Shown: piece by piece, positions 48,194 to 57,158 of the stretch | Layout: each line of letters begins with the position of its first letter | Numbering within the stretch: position 1 is the first letter of the stretch | From: a virus | Lineage: Duplodnaviria > Heunggongvirae > Uroviricota > Caudoviricetes | Length of the DNA: 64,000 bases | Direction: 5' to 3' (one strand) | Virus record (IMG/VR): IMGVR_UViG_3300025413_000008 | Position numbers and translations under genes: made by a program | Notes under the pieces: model-generated | Databases searched by the model: none | Seen by the model: the letters and a program-made list of their open reading frames with translations, nothing else | What the model was told of the DNA's origin: nothing

Positions 48194-51064
48194 ATGGCGG
48201 ATTCAGGTAATCAAAGCCCGTTAGGGATAAACGTATTAGGGTCAGTGTTGAACAACACTGGTTTAACTATTAATCCGGTAGCATCAGGCTATATGGGATC
48301 AAGCAAAACCAATGATTCCTATCAATTCGGTAGTATAATATCAGATACGGCATTGAGATTGTTGACATTTTCTATCAATGATGGATATAACCGAGGTCCT
48401 GCAAACGGTAATGCAACCCTAAGCAATGCCACATATAACAACTTAATTTCAATTGGAAGTTCATCTATTCCTGCTTTAGGAAATTCAGTTCCTCCCACAT
48501 ATGTAGTAAATGATCCTGCAAGTGTATGGGCTGGCCAAGCAACTTCTGGGTATGGAATCTCTGGTAATACTGGACAGGGACAGAGCGCGACATGGCTACC
48601 GTATGACACCAGTAATCCGAACATGTCCGTTACTCAATGGGGATACATAAGACTTCATGCGCTTCAAGCATGGAATGAGTTTAATTGGAATGCGACAAGT
48701 GTAACTCAATCCATACCAGACTATAAAGAATTTTGCTCATCGTTGATTACATTGAATGGAACAATGAATTCATCAAATAAATCCATAACCGCAGCGAGCA
48801 ATGCCAATACCTTCCTGAACGGCACATACAGTAATATGAACGATTTGATCAGTGCGGATGTTTCTGGAGTTAATTTATCAACTTTAACGTTTGGTGAAGA
48901 TTTAATAAATTTGGGTAATGCATTTGATTTAAAAAACATCGCCACTTTCGGATTACCATCAAATTTGCTTGTTAATTTGAGTAAAAATTCAGCAATTACC
49001 TCAGATTTGAATTTGGCATTATTATCTGCTGGAATGAGCACTTCTGAAATATCAGACATCGTTTCTGGAAAATCTGCAAATGTTATAGCTAGTCAGGAGC
49101 AAATGATATATGGTGCATTTCTGATTATTGCTGGGGAAAATCTAAAAACAATTTTGGCCGCATTACAGTGTAAAATACAAGGATTAACTACACTTGCTGA
49201 TTTATTAAATGTGAAAAAACTATTTCCAACTAGCTATTCATCATTAACAGTTCCAATTTATAATGGTGTTATGGGATTACCAACGAACAGTAAGACATAC
49301 TATTTAATATATATAAATGATGGAGTAAACCCTGCGATAGACACACCCATCATTCAAAGCTATGTGGGAACAATCATTCCGGCAGGAATTCCGCCAACAT
49401 TTTCAAGTACCCTAAACCCGTCAAATTATAATCAACTTCCAACTGGATTTGCGTCATATCTCGTTAATATTATCCCATACGATCAAGCACTTAGTGCTGG
49501 TGCATTTTCATATTCTATGCAACAAATACGAAATATTAAGAATTGTAATATTCAAAAATTTGCTAAAGTCGTAAAAGGAATTGAAAACACTTCCGACTTA
49601 CCTTTGGTTGCGGGAACAAGTAAACCAACGGATCAAACATCAAACGATATGGTCATCAGTGTCACTGCATTAGGTTCTGGACCAAATGGGACTTATACCA
49701 TGTCGGATTTCTTCGGATGCATGTCTGGTCTACCCTATTCATGGCAGCTAATACAGCAGAGAATCACACAGCTTCAAACCGCAAAATTATACAATATCTA
49801 TCAACAGATGTTATTAGCAGTAGAATGGGAACAGGCTACCGCAACGGTGCAATATACTACCAGCGTTATTGGTGGCACTACGTATTATACTACGACAGGC
49901 GTAATAATTAATGCTCCGGGCGGCGGATACGGCAGAGGCGGAGCACCAGCACCATCAATTACCATCTCTGATGGGTCAACTGCAACGTGCATTATAGATA
50001 CGAATGATACTAATGCGGGGTCAAACGACACTGGCACCTATGGAAGAGTAACCTCCATAACATTTGGAATTGCAGGAACACCGGGCACAACCATTCCTAC
50101 TGCAACAATTCAGGCTCCGCCAACAGCCGCCCTTCCCATTAATTCAGACGGAAGTGTTCCAACATCGGGAACAAATACTGCTTCTGGAACATCTGGATGG
50201 GCCACCATGAACACCGTAGTTCAGGGATATATTGATCAGGCAAATGCCGAAATTACAAACATTCAGCAAACTAATCCCGAAACATCTGTTTATTTACAAA
50301 CTTACTGGAATACGTGTGGTTCTCAGCTTCTGATTGAACAGCGAGCAAGATATACGAATTTGGTTCCAGTTCAGATTCCTAAAAATAATTTCCTTAACCC
50401 CTATCCATCGTCACTTGGTTTTTTCGTTGATTCTGTGCCATCAATGGCTCAAGATACTGGACCCCACATGAGTGCACAGACTCTTGAAGCAATCAGTGAT
50501 TTAAATACATTAGGTGGCCAAAGCCTTATCGCAATGATGAGACAGGAAAGAAACCAGTCAAGATTGCAATCTGTAGGCATTGACTTAGATAATAATATAC
50601 CCGGAACTTTGAGTCCATCACAGATTAAAACTCTCATAACAAATGGAACAATAGCAGGGGCAGTTACCGGCATTACAAGCCCTAATGGAAATGTTTATAC
50701 AAATCCATCTTGGGCAACAAATTTGCAAAATGATGTTACGGTTGGTCCTTCTCCTTTGGGAATATACCAGCCTACTACTGGTTTCCAGCCAACAAGTAGC
50801 GTAACTACGGGAGACATTACTCAGATACTAAATGGAACCAGCAATCCTGTAGTAAATTCTACTGTACCAGTAGGTCCTACTGCCACTATTGCTCCACCAA
50901 ATTCTGTAGTAATTATTGCTCCTCCTTCTGATCAAAATCCAACCAATCTTCCACCGAATCTTGATCCAAACTTTACGAACAGCACTTTGCTTCCCGCATC
51001 ACCGAGTGTGGCCAACGCAATTCATCATGTGACTACTTGCAACTGTGACTGTTGGATTTCTTAA
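48194..51064 (+). CDS. Large structural protein (956 aa), likely tail/baseplate-associated
   Basis: Asn/Ser/Thr/Gly-rich. Immediately follows the PAAR gene. C-terminal CNCDC. Confidence 0.4.
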   Translation: MADSGNQSPLGINVLGSVLNNTGLTINPVASGYMGSSKTNDSYQFGSIISDTALRLLTFSINDGYNRGPANGNATLSNATYNNLISIGSSSIPALGNSVPPTYVVNDPASVWAGQATSGYGISGNTGQGQSATWLPYDTSNPNMSVTQWGYIRLHALQAWNEFNWNATSVTQSIPDYKEFCSSLITLNGTMNSSNKSITAASNANTFLNGTYSNMNDLISADVSGVNLSTLTFGEDLINLGNAFDLKNIATFGLPSNLLVNLSKNSAITSDLNLALLSAGMSTSEISDIVSGKSANVIASQEQMIYGAFLIIAGENLKTILAALQCKIQGLTTLADLLNVKKLFPTSYSSLTVPIYNGVMGLPTNSKTYYLIYINDGVNPAIDTPIIQSYVGTIIPAGIPPTFSSTLNPSNYNQLPTGFASYLVNIIPYDQALSAGAFSYSMQQIRNIKNCNIQKFAKVVKGIENTSDLPLVAGTSKPTDQTSNDMVISVTALGSGPNGTYTMSDFFGCMSGLPYSWQLIQQRITQLQTAKLYNIYQQMLLAVEWEQATATVQYTTSVIGGTTYYTTTGVIINAPGGGYGRGGAPAPSITISDGSTATCIIDTNDTNAGSNDTGTYGRVTSITFGIAGTPGTTIPTATIQAPPTAALPINSDGSVPTSGTNTASGTSGWATMNTVVQGYIDQANAEITNIQQTNPETSVYLQTYWNTCGSQLLIEQRARYTNLVPVQIPKNNFLNPYPSSLGFFVDSVPSMAQDTGPHMSAQTLEAISDLNTLGGQSLIAMMRQERNQSRLQSVGIDLDNNIPGTLSPSQIKTLITNGTIAGAVTGITSPNGNVYTNPSWATNLQNDVTVGPSPLGIYQPTTGFQPTSSVTTGDITQILNGTSNPVVNSTVPVGPTATIAPPNSVVIIAPPSDQNPTNLPPNLDPNFTNSTLLPASPSVANAIHHVTTCNCDCWIS

Positions 51065-51067
51065 TAT

Positions 51068-51703
51068 TCAGTAATTTATAGAAATGAAGTGATCTAACAG
51101 TTCAACATCGTCTTTGCTTGCTGGCCTTCCGATATCTGTAAAAAACACGCAGTTTTGTCTAGGGAATACCATCGTTTGAGGCATGTAAACTATAACCTCT
51201 TTTTGACTAGTCATTTCAGTGACGGGTTTAGCGTCACGATCAAATTCTACTAAATCAATATACACATTCAAGTCTTTAGTGGGCGCAGAAAGAATTACAT
51301 ACGGTCTATTCCATCCATGCATAAACTCAATCACTTCCTCAATTGATGTTGACCAACTGACTAAGGGAAAAGATGGATCGGTGTGTATTGTTAAGTCTTC
51401 AGCATCTACTTTTTCGGGAGAAATAGTTATTCCACGAAATAAAACTTTCTGATAACACGGAAATCTTGATGCTTCTTTTTTGAGTGCCATCAAAATTGGC
51501 GTAGCTTTTTCGGTCTCTCCCATACCCCACAAACAAAGAGCATCTTCAAGTTCTCCAATGACCCCTTCATTTCTAATAGGTGATTGGCTCAGTCTTCCGC
51601 GCCTTTTGCCAGACAAAGGATCATCATTATCAATGGCACTTTCAAGAAGTTCATATATTCGCATCTTGTATTTATCTATCTCCAGTCTAAAATCACTTGA
51701 CAC
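51068..51703 (-). CDS. Hypothetical protein with an R-S-E-like ADP-ribosyltransferase signature (Alt/ModA/ModB-like?)
   Basis: VLFRGI (Arg), VSWSTSIEE (STS) and SQKEV (QxE) in plausible order and spacing. Lone minus-strand gene in a plus-strand block. Confidence 0.25.
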   Translation of the reverse strand: MSSDFRLEIDKYKMRIYELLESAIDNDDPLSGKRRGRLSQSPIRNEGVIGELEDALCLWGMGETEKATPILMALKKEASRFPCYQKVLFRGITISPEKVDAEDLTIHTDPSFPLVSWSTSIEEVIEFMHGWNRPYVILSAPTKDLNVYIDLVEFDRDAKPVTEMTSQKEVIVYMPQTMVFPRQNCVFFTDIGRPASKDDVELLDHFISINY

Positions 51704-51753
51704 GCAAATTCCTTTAGTCTATACCCAAAACAGATTCAAAGGAGATTGGTAAA

Positions 51754-52215
51754 ATGCGCATTAAAGTTGAGTATGAAGAGGATTGCGTCCACTCGTATTC
51801 CGAGGACAAGCAGTATGGTGAATGGGAAGAACGGTACGAGAGCCGTGTAACCAAAGCCTACCAGATCGCAGACGATGCCGATGTTCCTTATCGCAGCGAA
51901 TCGTTTGTCGTTCCCGATGATGCTGAATATGTCTATGTGGTATACATGATTTATGACACTGGGGATAGCTTCGGTCGCGCCTACGGCAAGATTGATATTC
52001 TCCATGCCACCATTTCGGAATCTGAAGCGGACAGGCTGGCCAAGAAGGTTACTGCGGACTCCGTTTCATATACCATCAAGTTCAAGGACGACTTCGGGCG
52101 TGATATTTCGATCAACAACGCCGGGGCAGGCTATTTCGAAAGCATTCAGTATGCCGGAGTCGAACGCTTTGCCATCGGGACTGGAATTTCCAAGAATCGT
52201 TATTACATCAACTGA
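51754..52215 (+). CDS. Hypothetical protein (153 aa) in a GC-rich island
   Basis: ORF with about 48-50% GC against a backbone of about 38-40%. Confidence 0.4.
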   Translation: MRIKVEYEEDCVHSYSEDKQYGEWEERYESRVTKAYQIADDADVPYRSESFVVPDDAEYVYVVYMIYDTGDSFGRAYGKIDILHATISESEADRLAKKVTADSVSYTIKFKDDFGRDISINNAGAGYFESIQYAGVERFAIGTGISKNRYYIN

Positions 52216-52228
52216 TTAGGAAAAAAAT

Positions 52229-52483
52229 GTGAAATTTGATTGTATTGGGCGTAAACTTAAAGTTGGCGATTATGTATCTTTCTTAATGTATTGGTCAGAT
52301 CAAAAAATGACCGTAGGTAAAATTACCAGACTGTGCAATTTTAATGTCAGGGTAACTGCTGATGCATCTGATTATTGGACAGACAAAAAAACCGATATGA
52401 AAAATTATTATGTTAATCCCTCATTTACCACGAAGATTGAAGACGGTCCCGATTTGTTGAAATACTTGATCACAAAGGATTAA
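52229..52483 (+). CDS. Hypothetical protein (84 aa)
   Basis: ORF only. Confidence 0.3.
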   Translation: MKFDCIGRKLKVGDYVSFLMYWSDQKMTVGKITRLCNFNVRVTADASDYWTDKKTDMKNYYVNPSFTTKIEDGPDLLKYLITKD

Positions 52484-52485
52484 AA

Positions 52486-52725
52486 ATGAACTTGAACGTA
52501 ACTGAATCAAAGTCAACGACTCGCTACAACGATATCTCATCAGTATATGCTGATCTGATTGAACCTGTGGTAGAAAACGAGCGTTATACTCGCAGTTGTG
52601 ATTATTTTTCCTGCTTTAGTAATCATTATTCAGTGGGAAAAGAACGCGAATTTATTGAGGCACTTGACAGTGCCAATCCCGGTAAGTATAAGGGCTATCG
52701 CATCACATGGTCGGATGCAAACTAA
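52486..52725 (+). CDS. Hypothetical protein (79 aa)
   Basis: ORF only. Confidence 0.3.
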   Translation: MNLNVTESKSTTRYNDISSVYADLIEPVVENERYTRSCDYFSCFSNHYSVGKEREFIEALDSANPGKYKGYRITWSDAN

Positions 52726-52736
52726 GGAGATTTCAA

Positions 52737-52982
52737 ATGAATTTGTTTCTGAATGGTCGTAAGGTTCTGTTTGCAGAAGTTGAAGGAGTTGACTTCAAGG
52801 ACTATCCCAAGTTTTGCGATGCGTATATCTCCTATGCTGAGTTTGAAAACGGTGCACCCTTGAATGATCGTCAGCTTGATCAACTTACGGAAGAAAACTA
52901 TGATTTTGTTCATGCTGAATGCATGGAACAAATGTTTGGTGCTGGTGATAATCATCGTGAATACACGAGTGAATGTGGCTAA
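52737..52982 (+). CDS. Hypothetical protein (81 aa)
   Basis: Internal Met with an AGGAG RBS. Followed by a 10-bp hairpin at 52995-53024. Confidence 0.3.
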   Translation: MNLFLNGRKVLFAEVEGVDFKDYPKFCDAYISYAEFENGAPLNDRQLDQLTEENYDFVHAECMEQMFGAGDNHREYTSECG

Positions 52983-53047
52983 AAAGTTATTGACCCTACA
53001 TTCTTTTGAGTGTAGGGTCACTTCACATTTAAACGAAAGAGATTGTC

Positions 53048-53263
53048 ATGAATAAGTATGAAATCGCCACTGCCGCCGTTGATGAATATATTTCTCTTCT
53101 TCATAAAAAATATGATGGAGATGAATTCAAATATCCTCGTATTGCAGGACATTTTCAAGAAGCTCTTATGTGGGTGGCGACGGACGGTGTGGAAGCCATT
53201 CAAATCCGCATTAACCGACTGAAAGCAGAACAGGAAACGATTGATGCATTGCGCCAAACGTAA
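53048..53263 (+). CDS. Hypothetical protein (71 aa)
   Basis: ORF only. Confidence 0.3.
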   Translation: MNKYEIATAAVDEYISLLHKKYDGDEFKYPRIAGHFQEALMWVATDGVEAIQIRINRLKAEQETIDALRQT

Positions 53264-53336
53264 AATACATATTACAAAATTTTTAATATATTGAAAGAAT
53301 GACTATTCATAAATAATACTCTTACAGGAGTAAAAT

Positions 53337-54176
53337 ATGAAAAAGTTACTGACGGTATTTGTGATGCTATTAGCATTATCGGTATCATTTACAACACCAT
53401 CATTTGCATGGAATCAGAGAGCACCTCTCCCACTTCAGCAATGTTCAATCCACGCACCTTTTGGTGCACCACAGTCTTCTCGTCCAGTAGAATTTATCTG
53501 CCGCGAAGCATATCTCGTGGGATTTGATCCCACTTCAAAAATTCCAGAATATGTTCAATGGACACTTACTCCACAGGCTGCATTGGGATGTGTGCCTCGT
53601 TCAAATGCATTTGCTACTGATATGAGCATTCAAGGAAGTGCAACTCCACAGGACTATGCAAGAACGGGTTACGACAAGGGACACATGGCACCAGATGGTG
53701 ATCAGTCGTGGAACCCGCAAGTTGAACTTGAATCATTTCTGATGACTAACATGACGCCACAGGCAGGTTCGTTAAACCGTGGTATTTGGAAATTACTGGA
53801 AACGTCATTTCGTGGTTGGGTATTTCAACAAAATCGTCCATTTACCGCAATTTCTGGTGCAATTTATGGACCATCTGATAAACGTATCGGAACTGGCGTG
53901 GTAGTGCCGCATGCGTTCTACAAGATTGTTATTGATGATCAAACTGGTTATGTTGCTGGGTGGTATTTCCCACATGTTGCACCATACCCCAATCTTGGTA
54001 ATGATTTAACTCGTTATCGTAGATCAATCGCGCAGATTGAACAAGAATCTGGTGTTCGTTTTGGGCTTCCAAACAATGCACAGGAAGTTCCTGTTGGTAA
54101 AGAATGGAGTGTAAATTTTGGTGCACTCACACAGTCCAAAAAAGCCAAGTGTGGCGCAAACGCATCTATTGACTAA
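53337..54176 (+). CDS. Secreted non-specific DNA/RNA endonuclease (Serratia NUC family)
   Basis: Signal peptide MKKLLTVFVMLLALSVSFTTPSFA. DKGHMAPDGD matches the DRGH beta-beta-alpha-Me catalytic motif. Confidence 0.6.
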   Translation: MKKLLTVFVMLLALSVSFTTPSFAWNQRAPLPLQQCSIHAPFGAPQSSRPVEFICREAYLVGFDPTSKIPEYVQWTLTPQAALGCVPRSNAFATDMSIQGSATPQDYARTGYDKGHMAPDGDQSWNPQVELESFLMTNMTPQAGSLNRGIWKLLETSFRGWVFQQNRPFTAISGAIYGPSDKRIGTGVVVPHAFYKIVIDDQTGYVAGWYFPHVAPYPNLGNDLTRYRRSIAQIEQESGVRFGLPNNAQEVPVGKEWSVNFGALTQSKKAKCGANASID

Positions 54177-54190
54177 ATTGGTAGGGCAGT

Positions 54191-54385
54191 GTGGCATTTA
54201 TATCACACTGCCCATTAAAGGATAACATAATGAATCTAAATCGCCTGAATAGTGGACGTAAACTTATTGACTTGCTCGTGAAAAACGGTAATATCAAAAA
54301 CATGGGATGGACGCCTCAGCAGCAACAAGAGAGGCTGGACACCCAACAAAACGTTCATAACCCTAACTCAAGGAAAAAAGAGTGA
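54191..54385 (+). CDS. Hypothetical protein (64 aa)
   Basis: ORF only. Confidence 0.25.
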   Translation: MAFISHCPLKDNIMNLNRLNSGRKLIDLLVKNGNIKNMGWTPQQQQERLDTQQNVHNPNSRKKE

Positions 54386-54636
54386 GCGATGATTTCAAAC
54401 GTTCTTCTCGCCGCGCCCGAACAGCAAATGCAATTGCGCGCCAAAAACGTATAGCAAAATCAGCGGGCGTAAATCATAATAAGAATCAGCCTCACCGATA
54501 TGCAAAGATGCATGCGTTAAATTGCGGTGATTCAAGCTGTGTAATGTGTGGCAATCCGAGGAAGTTTTTTAACGAGCCTACACTACAAGAAAAAATATCC
54601 ATAGAAAAATTCAAAGAAGACACAAAAAACATTTGA
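54382..54636 (+). CDS. Small basic Cys-containing protein (84 aa)
   Basis: CGDSSCVMCGNP could form a zinc finger. Confidence 0.3.
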   Translation: MSDDFKRSSRRARTANAIARQKRIAKSAGVNHNKNQPHRYAKMHALNCGDSSCVMCGNPRKFFNEPTLQEKISIEKFKEDTKNI

Positions 54637-54686
54637 CATATTGGCGATTAGTGTGTAATTCTCCCGTGTGTTAAAGGATTTTATAA

Positions 54687-55088
54687 ATGTCTGAACAGCC
54701 AATCATGACTATTACAGCAGATGGAACCAAGAAATGGTATCTGAACGGCAAATTCCATCGCGAAGATGGACCCGCTATTGAATATGCAGATGGAGCCAAG
54801 GAATGGTATCTGAAGAACAAACTCCATCGCGAAGATGGACCTGCTGCTGAATACTCAGATGGTTCCAAGTGGTGGTATCTGAATGACAAGCTCCATCGCG
54901 AAGATGGACCTGCTGCTGAATATGCAGATGGTTCCAAGTGGTGGTATCTGAATGACAAGCTCCATCGCGAAGATGGACCTGCTATTGAACGGGTAGATGG
55001 CTCTAAATGTTGGTATCTAAATGGAGAAGAAATAGATCAATTGGTTTTCTGGGTCACTACCAAGGAACGAATGAAGGAAACTTCTTGA
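54687..55088 (+). CDS. MORN-variant repeat protein with 4-5 tandem 23-aa repeats
   Basis: Repeat DG(S/A)K(W/E)WYLN(G/D)KLHREDGPA(A/I)EY, encoded by tandem 69-bp units. Confidence 0.5.
   Translation: MSEQPIMTITADGTKKWYLNGKFHREDGPAIEYADGAKEWYLKNKLHREDGPAAEYSDGSKWWYLNDKLHREDGPAAEYADGSKWWYLNDKLHREDGPAIERVDGSKCWYLNGEEIDQLVFWVTTKERMKETS
54762..55030. repeat. Tandem 69-bp repeat, about 4 copies; the two central copies differ at 2 nt
   Basis: Units start at 54762, 54831, 54900 and 54969 (gaagatggacc...ctccatcgc). Confidence 0.85.
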
Positions 55089-55154
55089 CATATACCCCTT
55101 CCAATGCTATACATGAGTTCTCTTAAACACATAAAAAGAGAGAAAAGAAAGAAA

Positions 55155-55361
55155 ATGAAAGTATTCCTAATGTTCGCGAGTATTCCTCTCGCGTTGTTTA
55201 TCATGTTTTTCGGTCTTCCACATTTGTTTGCGGGTTTAATCAACTCACATACAGATGCGGGGCTTATCGCAATGGTCATGCTGGCTTGCGGTATTGTCGG
55301 TTTTGTTGCCAGCAAAGTGTATAACCTCGTAAATAAGGAAACTAAGAATGAAAATTCGTAA
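55155..55361 (+). CDS. Small membrane protein (2 TM)
   Basis: Hydrophobic stretches FLMFASIPLALFIMFFGL and LIAMVMLACGIVGFVA. Confidence 0.35.
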   Translation: MKVFLMFASIPLALFIMFFGLPHLFAGLINSHTDAGLIAMVMLACGIVGFVASKVYNLVNKETKNENS

Positions 55362-56178
55362 TGCAATTCTACTCGGCGCAGCCGCACTTTCTCTTGCCGC
55401 ATGTTCTCGGGTTGAACCTGGCCATGTTGGCATTAAGGTAAACAATCTTGGTTCTGATGCTGGTGTACAGCCAGAAGCACTTGGTGTTGGTTATTACTTC
55501 GCAGGTCCGGGCACCAACATCTATGAATACCCGATTTATACCAATACGTATGTTTGGACTCAATCCGCACATGAAGGCAAGCCTATTAATGAAGAAATGA
55601 CCTTCTCGGATAAGAATGGTCTTCAGGTCACCGCTGATGTTGCTATTAGCTATCACGTTGACCAAGGATTGGCTCCTAAGCTGTTTACTACATACCGTGC
55701 AGATATGGATGCTATTCTTGCCACACAGGTTCGGCCCGCCGTTCGTGATGCCCTGAATAAGGTAGCAGGTAACATGACCGTAGAGGAAATCTATGGACCT
55801 AAGCGCGCCGAGCTTATTGATGCCGCACAGGCTCGTGTGCAGGCTATCTTCGCTACAAAGGGTCTGGTTGTTGAACGTCTGTATTTGGCAAGCCCGATCC
55901 GCCTTCCTGATTCAATCATGAAGCAGATCAATTTGCGTATGGCAAACGAACAGGCCGCACTTGCTGCCCAAGCTAATGTCGCAACCTCCGAAGCCGAAGC
56001 CCGCGCCCGCATCGCTAAGGCCGAAGGTGAAGCAAAGGCCACCCAGATTGAAGCAGAAGCACTTCGCACCAATCCTGCCATTCTTCAGCAGAAGTGGATT
56101 GACAAGTGGGATGGCCAGCTTCCTACCTATGTTGCTGGCGGTAACAGCAACATGATGTTGAATATCCCGAACAAGTAA
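55348..56178 (+). CDS. SPFH/Band-7 (prohibitin/HflKC-like) lipoprotein
   Basis: Lipobox LAAC. Band-7-like core. C-terminal Ala/Glu-rich coiled coil AEARARIAKAEGEAKA. About 49% GC. Confidence 0.55.
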   Translation: MKIRNAILLGAAALSLAACSRVEPGHVGIKVNNLGSDAGVQPEALGVGYYFAGPGTNIYEYPIYTNTYVWTQSAHEGKPINEEMTFSDKNGLQVTADVAISYHVDQGLAPKLFTTYRADMDAILATQVRPAVRDALNKVAGNMTVEEIYGPKRAELIDAAQARVQAIFATKGLVVERLYLASPIRLPDSIMKQINLRMANEQAALAAQANVATSEAEARARIAKAEGEAKATQIEAEALRTNPAILQQKWIDKWDGQLPTYVAGGNSNMMLNIPNK

Positions 56179-56462
56179 TGCGTAAGATTAGCCTGATCTT
56201 GATTGGCTTGTCTGTAATGTTGACGGGATGCGGTTCTGCTCCCGTCAACACTTCTACGGAAAACTCCACTACAACACCAACTGATCCTAATAATCCGGAT
56301 AGTTTTGAGATTACTCGTATATGTCACGATGGCACCAAAATTTACCATCTCGTCGGCGGTAATGCTAATGGTAGATATGCACTATGGATGGGAAATGGTG
56401 ACAACTATGCTTGGGTTCTTGTGCCCGAAGGTGCATCTCCTGAATCGGTATGTCTACAATAA
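56178..56462 (+). CDS. Small lipoprotein (94 aa)
   Basis: Signal plus lipobox LTGC. Translationally coupled to the SPFH gene. Confidence 0.4.
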   Translation: MRKISLILIGLSVMLTGCGSAPVNTSTENSTTTPTDPNNPDSFEITRICHDGTKIYHLVGGNANGRYALWMGNGDNYAWVLVPEGASPESVCLQ

Positions 56463-56516
56463 TTTTTACAAAAAAGTATTGCATTTAATATAAAATGTGA
56501 TATTATAGACTTATGT

Positions 56517-56591
56517 GCGTGTGTAGTATAATGGTTATTACAAGTCACTCTAAACGATGGAATGAGAGTTCAATTCTCTCCACACGCACCA
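56517..56591 (+). tRNA. tRNA-like element (possible tRNA gene or pseudogene; the anticodon arm is not canonical)
   Basis: 7-bp acceptor stem gcgtgtg/cacacgc. U8, A14 and a GG in the D-loop. Perfect T-arm gagag-TTCAATT-ctctc. Discriminator A plus an encoded CCA. The anticodon stem pairs poorly. Confidence 0.3.
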
Positions 56592-56612
56592 TTATTCAAT
56601 AGGAGAAATATA

Positions 56613-57155
56613 ATGACAGAAGCACTCCCAACAATAGTACCGGCAGTAGTGTTCAAAGTCCGAATCCGTGATGACAGTATTGATGGACCAAATCCATATT
56701 GTTGGCAGGACGTAACTTCTTACGACTACTTTGGTGGTAAGCGAGTAATTTTGTTCTCACTTCCTGGTGCATTTACGCCAACCTGTTCAACATACCAACT
56801 TCCCGGCTTTGAGAACAATTATGAGGCTTTCCGAGAACTTGGAATTGATGACATTTACTGCATTTCGGTGAATGATTCATTTGTAATGAACAAATGGGCA
56901 GCAGACCAAAACATTCAGAATATAAAATTTATTCCTGATGGTTCTGGTACTTTTACCAGTGCAATGAATATGTTGGTTTCCAAGGAAAATCTTGGTTTCG
57001 GCGTTCGCTCGTGGCGCTATGCTGCAATTATTAATAACGGCGTGATTGAAAAGTGGTTTATTGAGCCGGGTATTGAGCATAATTGTGCGACCGACCCATA
57101 TGGTGAATCATCGCCCGAGAATATTCTTAAGCATCTTCTTTCGCAGCAAGGATAA
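56613..57155 (+). CDS. Peroxiredoxin (Prx5-type)
   Basis: PGAFTPTCS peroxidatic-Cys motif. AGGAG RBS. Confidence 0.6.
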   Translation: MTEALPTIVPAVVFKVRIRDDSIDGPNPYCWQDVTSYDYFGGKRVILFSLPGAFTPTCSTYQLPGFENNYEAFRELGIDDIYCISVNDSFVMNKWAADQNIQNIKFIPDGSGTFTSAMNMLVSKENLGFGVRSWRYAAIINNGVIEKWFIEPGIEHNCATDPYGESSPENILKHLLSQQG

Positions 57156-57158
57156 TTT

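Noticed and set aside
54671-54958. 95-aa minus-strand ORF
   Set aside because: It is the mirror image of the 69-bp tandem repeat in the plus-strand MORN-like gene. It is a shadow ORF with a repetitive SAYSAAGPSSRWSL translation.
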